DNA of 64,000 bases from Vicinamibacteria bacterium (GTDB lineage Bacteria; Acidobacteriota; Vicinamibacteria; Marinacidobacterales; Marinacidobacteraceae). The notes under the pieces are model-generated. The model made no database searches. It saw nothing but the letters and a program-made list of their open reading frames with translations, and was not told the origin of the DNA. The stretch lies in contig OZ241322.1 of NCBI GenBank assembly GCA_965199715.1, forward strand, positions 958,638 to 1,022,637. The letters run 5' to 3'. This document shows, piece by piece, positions 1-9,092 of this stretch (position 1 is its first letter; every line of letters starts with the position of its first letter). Both the position numbers and the translations under genes were made by a program.

Positions 1-453
1 CTCGCCCGGCTCGCGGACGGCGTCTTCCTTTCGACCCAGTACATCCGCCACTGGAGCCGGCCCTTCTACACGCCGGAGCCCGACGTGATCCACGAACTCG
101 TGGGACACGCGGCGAGCTTCGCCCACCCCGGCTACTCCGGGCTGAGCCGGCGTTTCGGGCGGGCGGCGCTCGCCGCGGGCGACGCGGACGTGGAGCGGAT
201 CGCGCGCGTGTACTGGTACACGCTCGAGTTCGGCGCGGTCCTCGAGGACGGCGTTCCGAAGGCCTACGGGGCGGGGCTGCTGTCGTCGGTCGGGGAGCTG
301 GAGCGCCTCCGCACGGCCGAATTGCGCGACTTCGACGTGGAGGAGATCGCGGAGACGCCGTTCGATCCGACCGACTTCCAGCCGTGGTACTTCCTCGCGC
401 CGACGTTCGAGCGGATGGTCCGGGACGCGTCCCGGTTCCTCGACCGGTTCTGA
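1..453 (+). CDS. phhA: Phenylalanine-4-hydroxylase (pterin-dependent aromatic amino acid hydroxylase), C-terminal ~150 aa; 5' end outside window
   Basis: Frame 1 is open from nt 1. Translation has YTPEPDVIHELVGH (two-His iron site), YWYTLEFG and AYGAGLLSS blocks as in PAH/PhhA. TGA at 451-453. Confidence 0.85.
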   Translation, partial: LARLADGVFLSTQYIRHWSRPFYTPEPDVIHELVGHAASFAHPGYSGLSRRFGRAALAAGDADVERIARVYWYTLEFGAVLEDGVPKAYGAGLLSSVGELERLRTAELRDFDVEEIAETPFDPTDFQPWYFLAPTFERMVRDASRFLDRF

Positions 454-457
454 GCCG

Positions 458-1681
458 TCAGACCGCCCGCAGGACCACGACCGTCGTGTCGTCGTCGGGG
501 GCGCCGCCCCGGAACTGGCGCGCCTCGGCGAGGATCCGGTCGCAGATCTCGCTGGCCGGGGTCTCCCGGTCGCGCTCCCGGCGGAGCAGCGCGGCGAGCC
601 GCTTCCTGCCGTAGGGTTCGCCGGCGGGGTTCTCGGACTCGACGACGCCGTCGGTGGAGAGCGCGAGCAGGTCGCCCTGGTTCAGTTGGACGCCCTGCTC
701 GAAGTAGCGCGGGGACGGAAACAGTCCGACGGGGAGCCCGGCCGCCGGAATCTCCTCGAGCGTCCCGTCGGCGCGGGCGAGGATGGGCGGCAGGTGGCCG
801 GCGTTGATGTGGACGATGCGGCGCAGCGGCACGTCGAGGACGCCGTAGAAGAGGGTCGCGTAGCGGTTCGCGCCGACGGATTCGTAGAGCAGCCGGTTGA
901 TCCGGCCGAAGATCGCCCGCAGCGCGAGGCTGGACGAGGCGAGCGAGTACACCGACGCGCGCAGCGCGCCGACGAGCAGGGCCGCCGGGACCCCCTTGCC
1001 GGACACGTCCGCCACGGCGATCCCGTAGCGGTCCTCGCCGAGCGGGATGAAGTCGTAGTAGTCGCCGCCGACCTGGGCGCACGGCTCGTACACGGCGGCG
1101 AGGTCCATGCTGTCGAGCCGGGGGGCGGCGCGGGGGAGCAGGTCGTGGAGGACCCGTCCGGCGACCTCCAGCTCGGAGACGAGCTGGCGGCGCTCGACCG
1201 CCTCCCGGTGGTAGAGGATGCGCTCCAGCGCCGGGGCCGCGCCCGAAGTCCAGGAGCGCAGCAGCGCCGGCGCGTCCGCGTCGAACGCCTCGGCGTCCTT
1301 CGACTCGACGATGAGCGCGCCCAGTCGGCGGCCGCCGGCGCCGAGCACCGGCGCGGCGAGCGCGGACCTCGCGGCGGCGCTGACGTCGGGGTCGCGCTCG
1401 GCCCCGGGCCAGAGTTCCGGGCGGCCCGATTCGAGGACCCGGCCGACGAGACCGTCGGGGGTCGCGGTCGGGTGGTTGCGGCGGCGGGGCTCCCACGCCG
1501 CCCGGCGTCCCCGCTCGCGGCGGACGAGGACCGTCGCGCCGTCGAGGCTCAGGACCGTGAGCGTGGCCCGGTCGGCGGCGGGCAGCGCGACCTGCGCGCC
1601 GGCGAGCACGGTGTCGCCGGTGCGGCCCAGCTCGAGGCTGCGGCCGAGCTCCTGAAAGGCCTGGAGGAGGCTCCGGCTCAT
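458..1681 (-). CDS. GAF-domain PP2C-type (SpoIIE/RsbU-like) serine phosphatase
   Basis: 407-aa ORF. C-terminal half has GGDYYDF, ADVSGKGVPAAL, LSTDGV and DDTTVVVL motifs of SpoIIE-type PP2C phosphatases. N-terminal ~170 aa is GAF-like. Confidence 0.85.
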   Translation of the reverse strand: MSRSLLQAFQELGRSLELGRTGDTVLAGAQVALPAADRATLTVLSLDGATVLVRRERGRRAAWEPRRRNHPTATPDGLVGRVLESGRPELWPGAERDPDVSAAARSALAAPVLGAGGRRLGALIVESKDAEAFDADAPALLRSWTSGAAPALERILYHREAVERRQLVSELEVAGRVLHDLLPRAAPRLDSMDLAAVYEPCAQVGGDYYDFIPLGEDRYGIAVADVSGKGVPAALLVGALRASVYSLASSSLALRAIFGRINRLLYESVGANRYATLFYGVLDVPLRRIVHINAGHLPPILARADGTLEEIPAAGLPVGLFPSPRYFEQGVQLNQGDLLALSTDGVVESENPAGEPYGRKRLAALLRRERDRETPASEICDRILAEARQFRGGAPDDDTTVVVLRAV

Positions 1682-1700
1682 CGAGGAGCCCCCGGCGTTC

Positions 1701-2324
1701 CTAGCGGTGCGCGAAGCAGTAGAAGAGGCCGTCGCCGCCGGTGCCCCGGAGGTCCGACTGGCTGCAGCCCCGGGAGCCGTGCGCCGAGTTCCACGACGTG
1801 CCGTCGTCGCCGCCGCCGACCCGGTCGTGGTGGCCGACGCGGGCGCTGCCGTCGCCGGAATTGCTCGTCCAGTTGGAGCAGTTCGCGTCGCCGTCGGCCA
1901 TGAAGCGGGTTCCGTCGGCGGCGGCGCCGGTGATGACGTCGTGCCGGTTCACGTCGTCGCCGCGGCCGCTGATGACCGCGCCCGTCTCGGAGACCGAGTT
2001 CTCCTTGCTGAGCTTGTTGTTCTCGCTGTGGAGGTCCATGACGTCCGAGGCGACCATGACGCCGTTCGCGTTGTGCCACGGGCCGCCGCCGATGCGGTCG
2101 CGGGCGTCGACGTCGTCGGCGCCCAGGTAGGCGCGCCAGACGAGGCCGGAGTCGGCCCCGGCCTCGGCGGCGAGCGCGGCGCAGTGCGCGTCCGCGCCCT
2201 CGAGGCCGCCGAGGTTCGCGCCGTCGCCGCCGCCGCGGCTGGTGAGGAAGAACGTCATCGGCGCCTGGGCGGCGGCGAGCGCGGGGACGAAGGCGAGAGT
2301 CAGGATGAGGAGAGTGCGCCGCAT
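1701..2324 (-). CDS. Secreted endostatin-like / C-type-lectin-fold protein (DUF1554-like)
   Basis: 207-aa ORF. Signal peptide MRRTLLILTLAFVPALAAAQA. Conserved Cys pattern (GADAHC ... ANCSNWTS ... RGCS ... LFYCFA) resembles the collagen XVIII endostatin fold. TAG stop. Confidence 0.7.
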   Translation of the reverse strand: MRRTLLILTLAFVPALAAAQAPMTFFLTSRGGGDGANLGGLEGADAHCAALAAEAGADSGLVWRAYLGADDVDARDRIGGGPWHNANGVMVASDVMDLHSENNKLSKENSVSETGAVISGRGDDVNRHDVITGAAADGTRFMADGDANCSNWTSNSGDGSARVGHHDRVGGGDDGTSWNSAHGSRGCSQSDLRGTGGDGLFYCFAHR

Positions 2325-2331
2325 GGGTCCG

Positions 2332-2337
2332 ATTCTA
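2332..2337 (-). promoter_or_regulatory. Candidate -10 box TAGAAT, 7 nt upstream of the ATG at 2324 (leaderless-type arrangement)
   Basis: Minus strand reads CCTAGAATCGGACCCATG. The TAG inside the box is also the stop codon of the upstream gene (2335-2337). Confidence 0.3.
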
Positions 2338-3432
2338 GGCGGATTTCCGAAAGCGGCGGACGCCGAACCAGAAGAGCGGAAAGATGAAGACGAGCCAGAA
2401 CCCGTAGGTGAGGATGCGGTAGCCGACGCCGATGAGATCCTCGAGGCCCGCCTGCGCGAGCAGCGCCGCGAGGAGGAGCACGAGGGTCGAGGTCGCCGGG
2501 CGCAGCCAGTCCTTCAGCTCGCGCCCCGCCTCCTCCAGTCCTCGGGCGATGCGCTCGTTGAAGGCGTGGATGAGGCTGGTCGCGGTCTCGACGAGGGTGC
2601 CGAAGAGGATGACCTGGAAGGCGACGAGAAGGACCGGGGAGCCGATCCGCTCGAGGAGCGTGAGCGAGGGAACGGTCTCGTCGAGCATCGCGGGGCCGAG
2701 GCCGGCCATGGCGACGAAGAAGAGGACGGCGGGCACGATCCCGATGGGCCCGGCGAGGAAGCCGGCGACGACCGCGTCGCGCCGGGTGCGCAGGTGGTGG
2801 GCGCAGAACAGGAGCGCCGGGAGGGTGCCCACGTTGTACGCCATGTACTCCGCCCCGCCGATCGCCCAGTCGCTCGCGACCTCGCCGAGGGCGAGCGCGT
2901 CGCGGATCTCGGGTCCGAAGGCGCGCAGCGAGGCGATCAGGACGACCGCGTACACCGCGTACAGCGCGAGCGACCAGAAGGAGAGGAAGTTCTCGACGGC
3001 GGCGGTCCCCTTCATCACGAGCCAGCCGACGGCCAGCATGATGACCCCCACGCCGACGGCGTAGGGGAGGCCGAGCGAGCGGGAGAGGATCTCGCCGCCC
3101 GCGGCCGCCACGACCGAGACCACGACGAGCATGGACGCGAGATAGAGAATCTCGTAGAGCCCGTTCCAGCGTCCCAGCAGCGCCCGGGCGAAGGTGCGGT
3201 AGTCGAAGGCGCGGGCGCGGCGGGCGACCTCGAAGGTGAGGGCGCAGGTCAGCGACCAGAGCGGGACGGTGACGACGAGCATCCCGAGGAGCCCGCCGGC
3301 CGCTCCCTTGGTCAGGAAGTACTCCACGAGCTCGCGGCCGGTGCCGTAGCCGCCGGCGATGATCATGGACTGGAAGCAGAACCCCGGCAGCAGGACTCGC
3401 TGGAACCAGTCCGAGCGAAGCGGGTTCCTCAT
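2335..3432 (-). CDS. Polytopic membrane protein, YkvI-like transporter family
   Basis: 365-aa ORF with about 10-11 hydrophobic segments. N-terminus (IIAGGYGTGRELVEYF) resembles the YkvI/uncharacterised permease family. Confidence 0.7.
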   Translation of the reverse strand: MRNPLRSDWFQRVLLPGFCFQSMIIAGGYGTGRELVEYFLTKGAAGGLLGMLVVTVPLWSLTCALTFEVARRARAFDYRTFARALLGRWNGLYEILYLASMLVVVSVVAAAGGEILSRSLGLPYAVGVGVIMLAVGWLVMKGTAAVENFLSFWSLALYAVYAVVLIASLRAFGPEIRDALALGEVASDWAIGGAEYMAYNVGTLPALLFCAHHLRTRRDAVVAGFLAGPIGIVPAVLFFVAMAGLGPAMLDETVPSLTLLERIGSPVLLVAFQVILFGTLVETATSLIHAFNERIARGLEEAGRELKDWLRPATSTLVLLLAALLAQAGLEDLIGVGYRILTYGFWLVFIFPLFWFGVRRFRKSA

Positions 3433-3476
3433 GGAGCGGCTCGCGGAGCATACGCGGGCCGGTATCCTCCGGCGCC

Positions 3477-3980
3477 ATGCCCGCGACGGTCCTCTCCCTC
3501 ATGCTGACGCTGCTCGCTCCGGCGCCGGCCGAGCTGGTGGAGCGGTGGTTCGCGCTCGCCGGGGCGCTCGCGGAAGACCCGGAGTCGCGCGAGGCGTTCC
3601 TCGATCTCTACGAGGAGGACGCGCTCCACATCCAGGGGCCGATGGGAACCCACCAGCGGGGCACGACGACGTTCTGGGGCCGCGAGAAGGTGGCGCTGCT
3701 GGTCGCCGGCCTGCTGGAGGAGTGGACCGACCGCTCGATCCGGCTCGAGGTCGCGACCGCCGCCGAGGTCTCGGAGACGGTGCTGCCGGAGGCGCCCGGC
3801 CCGTGGGGGGGGTCGCTCGTCGCCGCCCAGTTCACGCTGTCGGGCACGAGGCGGGACGACGGCCGGCGCTACGTGATTCCCGGGGCCGGGTTCTTCCGGG
3901 TGCGGGGGGATCGGCTGAGCCGGGTGCGGATCTATCTGGGGATGGGCGAGGCGGCCGAGGTCGAGATCCAGTCGCGGTAG
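3477..3980 (+). CDS. NTF2/SnoaL-like fold protein (hypothetical)
   Basis: 167-aa ORF divergent from 2335-3432 with a 44-nt spacer. High GC3. Size and pattern fit SnoaL-like proteins only weakly. Confidence 0.55.
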   Translation: MPATVLSLMLTLLAPAPAELVERWFALAGALAEDPESREAFLDLYEEDALHIQGPMGTHQRGTTTFWGREKVALLVAGLLEEWTDRSIRLEVATAAEVSETVLPEAPGPWGGSLVAAQFTLSGTRRDDGRRYVIPGAGFFRVRGDRLSRVRIYLGMGEAAEVEIQSR

Positions 3981-3981
3981 G

Positions 3982-4119
3982 TCAGCGCAGCAGGGCCCAC
4001 GCGCCGGCGGCGAAGATCGCGAGCCAGACGAGGCCCTTGACCAGGAAGAACAGGAACGCCCCGGCGGCGAGCTTCTTGCCGAGGCCCTTGCCCCGCAGCG
4101 AGGAGAGGGAGAAGCGCAT
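3982..4119 (-). CDS. Possible 45-aa single-TM membrane peptide
   Basis: ATG at 4119..4117 and TGA at 3984..3982. Sequence MRFSLSSLRGKGLGKKLAAGAFLFFLVKGLVWLAIFAAGAWALLR. Last ORF of the minus-strand array. Confidence 0.3.
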   Translation of the reverse strand: MRFSLSSLRGKGLGKKLAAGAFLFFLVKGLVWLAIFAAGAWALLR

Positions 4120-4130
4120 CTTCGGCAAAT

Positions 4131-5627
4131 CTAGCGCCCCGGCCGGCGGATGAACTCCAGCGCGCCGAACGCGAGGCCGGCGACGCGCCCCGCGGCGTCG
4201 AACCGGAAGACGATCGGGGCGGCGCCGCGCCAGCGCTTCTCCCAGTCCACGCGGAACGTGTCGAAGTGCCAGTGGGAGAGCGGCCCCCGGAGTCCGGGCC
4301 CGTACTCGAGCGCAAGGCCGCCATCCGATTCGGCGACCCGGATCTCGCCGCCGACCGGGTGCCCGTAGGTTCCGGCGTATCCGGCGAGCGGGAGGCTCGG
4401 GCCGGCGTCCGGGACGCGGGCGGATTCGAACGCGGCCCGCGCGTCCGCCTGCGACTCGGCGAGGCGGTCGTGGATGGCGCGCAGGTCGGCGCTCCAGTCG
4501 CGCGGCGCGCGCCCGAGCAGAAGGTCGAACGCCTCGAGCATCAGGGCGTGGCGGATCTCGACGTGGTCGCGGTTGCCGAGGACGAGGACGCCGATCCCGC
4601 GGTCGCGGATCAGCCCGGCGATCGCGACCATGCCGTCGATGCTGCCAGTGTGGAAGTCCACGGCCTCGCCGGCGTAGTCCTGCTGGAACCAGCCGAGGCC
4701 GTAGGTGACCCACTTCGGGCGGGTGAGCTCCTGGCTCGGGTGGAAACCGGCGCGGTCCACGAGCGACTGGGGGCGGAACGTCTCTTCCACGACTGCGGCG
4801 CTGAGCACGCGGGTTCCGTCGGCCGCGACGCCGCCGGCGAGGAGCATGCGCAGCCACGCCGACATCTCCCGGACCGAGCTCCAGACCGAGCCGGCGGCGC
4901 CGACGTGGTCCACCGGGGCGTTCTCGATCACGACGACCTCCCCGTCCACGACGTGGTGGGGCGCGGCGACGTTGTCGCGGAACCGGGTCAGGGAGAGCAG
5001 CGGGACCGAGCGCGTCATCCCGAGCGGGCGGAAGATGCGCGTCTGGACGAAGTCGGCCCACGGCATGCCCGAGACGCGCCGCGCGACCTCGCCGGCGGTC
5101 GCGTACATGACGTTCTGATAGACGAAGCCGGAGCGCATGGAATAGGCGGGCTCGACGGCGGACAGCCGCGCGAGCATGTCGTCCAGGTCGGTCTCCTGGC
5201 CGTACCAGAAGAGGTCGGTGTTGGGGAGGCCGCCGCGGTGGGTGAGCAGGTCGCGGACGGTCATCCGCTCGGTCGGGTAGCGGTCGGCGACGCGGAACTC
5301 GGGGACGTGGCGGACGACCGGGTCGTCCCAGCCGAGCTTCCCCTCGTCCACGAGGATCCCGAGCGCCGCGGCGGTCATCGCCTTCGTGGTGGAGCCGATC
5401 GCGAAGAGCGTGTCGGCGTCCACCGGCTGGCCGCCGAGCTCGCGCTCGCCGTAGCCGCGGGCGAAGAGCAGCTCGTCCCCCCGGACCACCGCGACGGCGA
5501 GGCCGACTGCGTTCCAGTCGGAGACCGCGGCCCGGACCCGGGCGTCGAAGGCGGCGGGGTCGAAGGACTGCGCCGGGGCGAACGCCGGAGCGAGAAGGAG
5601 CGCGGCGAGCAGGCGGAGTCGGGTCAT
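4131..5627 (-). CDS. Secreted serine hydrolase, class C beta-lactamase / PBP family
   Basis: Internal ATG at 5627 of the 4131..6161 ORF gives signal peptide MTRLRLLAALLLAPAFAPAQS. SxxK motif GSTTKAM and YxN motif VYQN. ATGA overlap with the upstream gene. Confidence 0.85.
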   Translation of the reverse strand: MTRLRLLAALLLAPAFAPAQSFDPAAFDARVRAAVSDWNAVGLAVAVVRGDELLFARGYGERELGGQPVDADTLFAIGSTTKAMTAAALGILVDEGKLGWDDPVVRHVPEFRVADRYPTERMTVRDLLTHRGGLPNTDLFWYGQETDLDDMLARLSAVEPAYSMRSGFVYQNVMYATAGEVARRVSGMPWADFVQTRIFRPLGMTRSVPLLSLTRFRDNVAAPHHVVDGEVVVIENAPVDHVGAAGSVWSSVREMSAWLRMLLAGGVAADGTRVLSAAVVEETFRPQSLVDRAGFHPSQELTRPKWVTYGLGWFQQDYAGEAVDFHTGSIDGMVAIAGLIRDRGIGVLVLGNRDHVEIRHALMLEAFDLLLGRAPRDWSADLRAIHDRLAESQADARAAFESARVPDAGPSLPLAGYAGTYGHPVGGEIRVAESDGGLALEYGPGLRGPLSHWHFDTFRVDWEKRWRGAAPIVFRFDAAGRVAGLAFGALEFIRRPGR

Positions 5628-6424
5628 GGCGGGCACCCTTCCTCGCCGGGGAAGAGCCGGCGGGCGATCAACTGGAACGGCTCGCCGTCGAAGACCCAGC
5701 GGGCGGCGAGATCCGCGGTCTCGAACCGGGCGAGGAGCCGGGCTGCGGTCTCGCCCTCGTGGAGACGGCACTCGAACCCGAAGTCCGAAGGCGGCGGCGG
5801 ATCCGGGAGCGGCCACGGCCGTTCGGTCGCGTGCGCCGGGATCCCGGGGTCCGCGTTCACGTAGAGAAGCAGGCGCGGCGGGCCGGGGTCGGCCGGGACT
5901 CCGGCTCTCGCGGCCTCCTCGAGGCGGCGCGCCACGTCCCGAAGCCAGGGGATCCGGGGGTCGTCGTGCGCGTCGAGGTCGAATCCCTCGACCGTGATCC
6001 GGCGCTCCCCGGAGCGGTCGCGCAGCGTGAACGTGGTGGAGCCGAGGTCGGCGATGCGGCCGGACGGCTCGGGGATGAAGGAGTCCTCGGCCTGGGGCAG
6101 GCCGGAACGGGCCACCGCGGCGACGATGGGTTCGCGCGCCGCCCGGCCGATCTCGATCCACGAGGCCGGCGGCAGCATCGCCCCCGGAAAGCCGGTTCGG
6201 ACGCCGGCGGCGATCAGGCGGCCGCCGACGGTGGCCGCGAAACGGGGCGGCTGGTTGAGGGCGTACTCCACGGGGACGAAGCCGGGATGCTCCTCGACGA
6301 CGAGGAAGTACGCCGCGGGATCGTCGGGGAGCTGGAGGAGCAGCTCGTCCGGCGGAACCGGGGAGCCCGGGCCCGATCCGAGGCCGCAGCCGAGAAGCGC
6401 GAGCGCCGCGAACGGGAGGCGCAC
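5624..6424 (-). CDS. Lipoprotein of unknown function
   Basis: 266-aa ORF. Lipobox in MRLPFAALALLGCG. High GC3. Confidence 0.6.
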   Translation of the reverse strand: MRLPFAALALLGCGLGSGPGSPVPPDELLLQLPDDPAAYFLVVEEHPGFVPVEYALNQPPRFAATVGGRLIAAGVRTGFPGAMLPPASWIEIGRAAREPIVAAVARSGLPQAEDSFIPEPSGRIADLGSTTFTLRDRSGERRITVEGFDLDAHDDPRIPWLRDVARRLEEAARAGVPADPGPPRLLLYVNADPGIPAHATERPWPLPDPPPPSDFGFECRLHEGETAARLLARFETADLAARWVFDGEPFQLIARRLFPGEEGCPP

Positions 6425-6428
6425 CCGG

Positions 6429-7508
6429 TCAGGCGGGCAGGAGAGCGCCGAGGAGGGTTCCGAGTCCGAAGAGGGCTCCGGTCCAGAAGGCTCCGATCGC
6501 GGCGAGGCGGAAGCCGCACCAGACGGCGTTGCGGCCGGTGAAGAGGCTCGTGGCCGCGCCCGAGACCGAAAGCGCGGCGAGCGCGAGCGCGACCGCGCCG
6601 GCGAGCGCCGCCGGGCCGGAGAGGGCGGCGAGGGGGACGAGCGGAACGAGCGCTCCGGCGCCGAAGCTCAGGAACGACGCGGCCCCCGACGCCCACGGCG
6701 AGCCGAGGTCGTCCGGATTGAGGCCGAGCTCCTCCCGGGTGAGCACGTCGAGCGCCCGCGCCGGTTCGCTGATGAGCCGCCTGCCGAGGTCGAGCGCCGG
6801 TTCCCGGGCGAGGCCGCGGGCCTCGAAGATGAGCGCGAGCTCCTCCGCCTCGTCCTCGGGATAGAGACGGAGCTCTTCTTCCTCGAGCGCGATCTGGCGC
6901 TCGTAGAGCTCGACCCGGGAGCGCGCCTCGAGGAACTCGCCGGCCCCCATGGAGAGAGCCCCGGCGAACATGCCGCCCACGCCCACGAGCAGCGCGGTGA
7001 ACGGGTCGCCGGTCAGGCCGCCGACGAAGAGGACGAGCGCGGCGTTCGAGACGAGGCCGTCGTTCACGCCGAAGATGGCCGCGTGGAGCGCGACGACCCC
7101 GCGGGCGTAGAAGTGCCGCTGCTCCTCGTCGTGGAGGTGTCGGGAGACCCCGGCGGAGTCGTCCTTCCCGGCGAGGAGCGCGTCGATCGAGGAGCCGGAC
7201 GCGCGATAGACCGAAAGCCCGCGCACCTTCAGCGCGGCGAGCGCCGGGAGAAGCGACCGGGGGCCGAACCGCCGCGCGAGGAACGCGACGAAGCGGACCC
7301 GGAAGTCCGGCCGCCAGGGGGCCGGGGCCGCGCCTCCGGCGTCGGCGATGGCCTGCACCCACGACCTGCTCTGGTCCATCGCGTCGTCGGCGAGCGCGAG
7401 GAAGAGCTTGCGCTTCTCGTCGGTCTCGACCTCGGCGAGGACGCGGTACAGCCAGGCGGCGCGCACCTCGCTCACCCAGCTCTCGTGGAGGCTGGCGGAT
7501 TCGGTCAC
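6429..7508 (-). CDS. VIT1/CCC1-family iron/manganese transporter with N-terminal ferritin-like domain
   Basis: GTG at 7508 overlaps the upstream stop (GTGA). NDGLVSN motif, acidic metal-binding helix (EEEELRLYPEDEAEE) and C-terminal TM bundle typical of VIT1. Confidence 0.8.
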   Translation of the reverse strand: MTESASLHESWVSEVRAAWLYRVLAEVETDEKRKLFLALADDAMDQSRSWVQAIADAGGAAPAPWRPDFRVRFVAFLARRFGPRSLLPALAALKVRGLSVYRASGSSIDALLAGKDDSAGVSRHLHDEEQRHFYARGVVALHAAIFGVNDGLVSNAALVLFVGGLTGDPFTALLVGVGGMFAGALSMGAGEFLEARSRVELYERQIALEEEELRLYPEDEAEELALIFEARGLAREPALDLGRRLISEPARALDVLTREELGLNPDDLGSPWASGAASFLSFGAGALVPLVPLAALSGPAALAGAVALALAALSVSGAATSLFTGRNAVWCGFRLAAIGAFWTGALFGLGTLLGALLPA

Positions 7509-9088
7509 CGGTAGAGCGTAAGGCTTGCGATGCGCCGCTCGATCTCGGCCTCCATCTTCCGGAACCCGCCGCCGCCGACGCCGCCGAATTCGGCCTCGAG
7601 CCGGGCGTGGCTGAGCCCGTCGGGGAGGCCCGCCACGTCGGGGACCAGGTCCGCGTCCGAGATTCCGGCGGCGATGCGGGCGCGCAGGCGCTCGGCGGCG
7701 GCGGAGCTTCCGGTGGCCGAGCGGCCGAAGCGGACGCCGGCGCGGTCCATCATGAGGTCCGAGAACGAGAACCCGCTGCCGCTGGTCGCGTCGAGCCGCT
7801 CCTTCAGGTCTCCGGCCTGCTCGGTCATTCCCGCCGGGCCCACCTGGGTGAGGCCGGCGCTCAGGAGGAAGTGCCGGGCCCAGTCGCCGCGCCGGCGGGC
7901 GGTGACCTCGAGCTCCCGGCCGAGGCGGCTCGCGACCTCGGCGGAATCGGGGAACCCGGCGAGCGCGAGCAGCGACGGATGGCCCGCCGCGCCCGCGAGC
8001 GCCAGAAGCGCGACGCGGTTCTCCTCCACGGCGTCGGCGCCGCCGGAAGGGTCGCGGGACAGGGCGAACGCCGCCCGGATCGCGACGGCGAGCCGGTCGG
8101 GCCCGGCGTGAATCTCCGCCACCTTGCCCTCGAGCGCGTCGAGCACCTCGGCGAGCCGGCGATCGAAGCCGGCGTGGATCCCCGGCGGCCCGGAGAGCGG
8201 AAGGAACTGGTTCGCCCAGGCCGACGCCGCCCACGACGCCGTCCGCACGAGGAAGGTCGGGGCGCGGACGCCGCCGATAGATGCCGAGCGGAGTCCGAGA
8301 CGCAGGGCGCCGCCCTCGGTGGAGGGGTCGGCGGCGAGTTCGGCGTTCAGGTAGCGAACCCCGGCGAGCGGGAGATCCCAGGGAAGCGAGACCTGCGCGA
8401 GGACTCCCTCGTCGGCCGGCTCCAGCCGGATCCGGGCGGAAGGGTCCAGACCGGCCTCGACGAGGAGCGGCAGCGCGAGCGCGACCCCCTCGGTTCCGAT
8501 GGGGACGCCGTCGCGCAGGTCGTTCAGGAGCGTCCGGGAGCCGGCGGCGCCCATTTCCCCGATTGGTTCGGCGGCGGGGATGCGGTCGGTCAGCAGCAGG
8601 AGCACCACGGCGGCCATGGCCAGAAGAACGACCGCGAGCGCGAGCAGCGCCGGGATCAGGACCAGCGCGCCGCCGACGCCGCCGGCGAGGAGCGCCCCGA
8701 GCATGACCCCGACGGCGGTTCCCGCCACCGGCACGATCAGCGTCAAGGGGCTGGGAAACGCGAAGTCGGAGAAGACGGTCCAGGGAGCGTCGGGGGGCGC
8801 GGCCGTGATCGCGGCCGCGACCGCCGCGGCGATGACGAACGACGGGAGCAGGACGAGGAGGAATCGCCCCGTGAACGAGCGCATCCGGGGGAGCGCCAGC
8901 GGAACCAGGAGGCCCACCGGAACGAACCACGCGGCCTGGCGCGGCAGCCCGCGCGCGAGCGACATGAGGTCCGTCCCCGGCAGGCCGAGGTCCGGGTCCA
9001 GCCCGGCGACCCACCAGGACCATCCGGCGAGCGCGCCGAGGGCCAGCAGGTTGCGGACGCCGAAGCGGCGGCGCGACTCGTCCCCCAT
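7505..9088 (-). CDS. Membrane protein of unknown function (N-terminal multi-TM region plus large soluble domain)
   Basis: 527-aa ORF with high GC3 and about 5 N-terminal hydrophobic segments. Translationally coupled to the VIT1 gene. Confidence 0.6.
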   Translation of the reverse strand: MGDESRRRFGVRNLLALGALAGWSWWVAGLDPDLGLPGTDLMSLARGLPRQAAWFVPVGLLVPLALPRMRSFTGRFLLVLLPSFVIAAAVAAAITAAPPDAPWTVFSDFAFPSPLTLIVPVAGTAVGVMLGALLAGGVGGALVLIPALLALAVVLLAMAAVVLLLLTDRIPAAEPIGEMGAAGSRTLLNDLRDGVPIGTEGVALALPLLVEAGLDPSARIRLEPADEGVLAQVSLPWDLPLAGVRYLNAELAADPSTEGGALRLGLRSASIGGVRAPTFLVRTASWAASAWANQFLPLSGPPGIHAGFDRRLAEVLDALEGKVAEIHAGPDRLAVAIRAAFALSRDPSGGADAVEENRVALLALAGAAGHPSLLALAGFPDSAEVASRLGRELEVTARRRGDWARHFLLSAGLTQVGPAGMTEQAGDLKERLDATSGSGFSFSDLMMDRAGVRFGRSATGSSAAAERLRARIAAGISDADLVPDVAGLPDGLSHARLEAEFGGVGGGGFRKMEAEIERRIASLTLYR

Positions 9089-9092
9089 GGAC

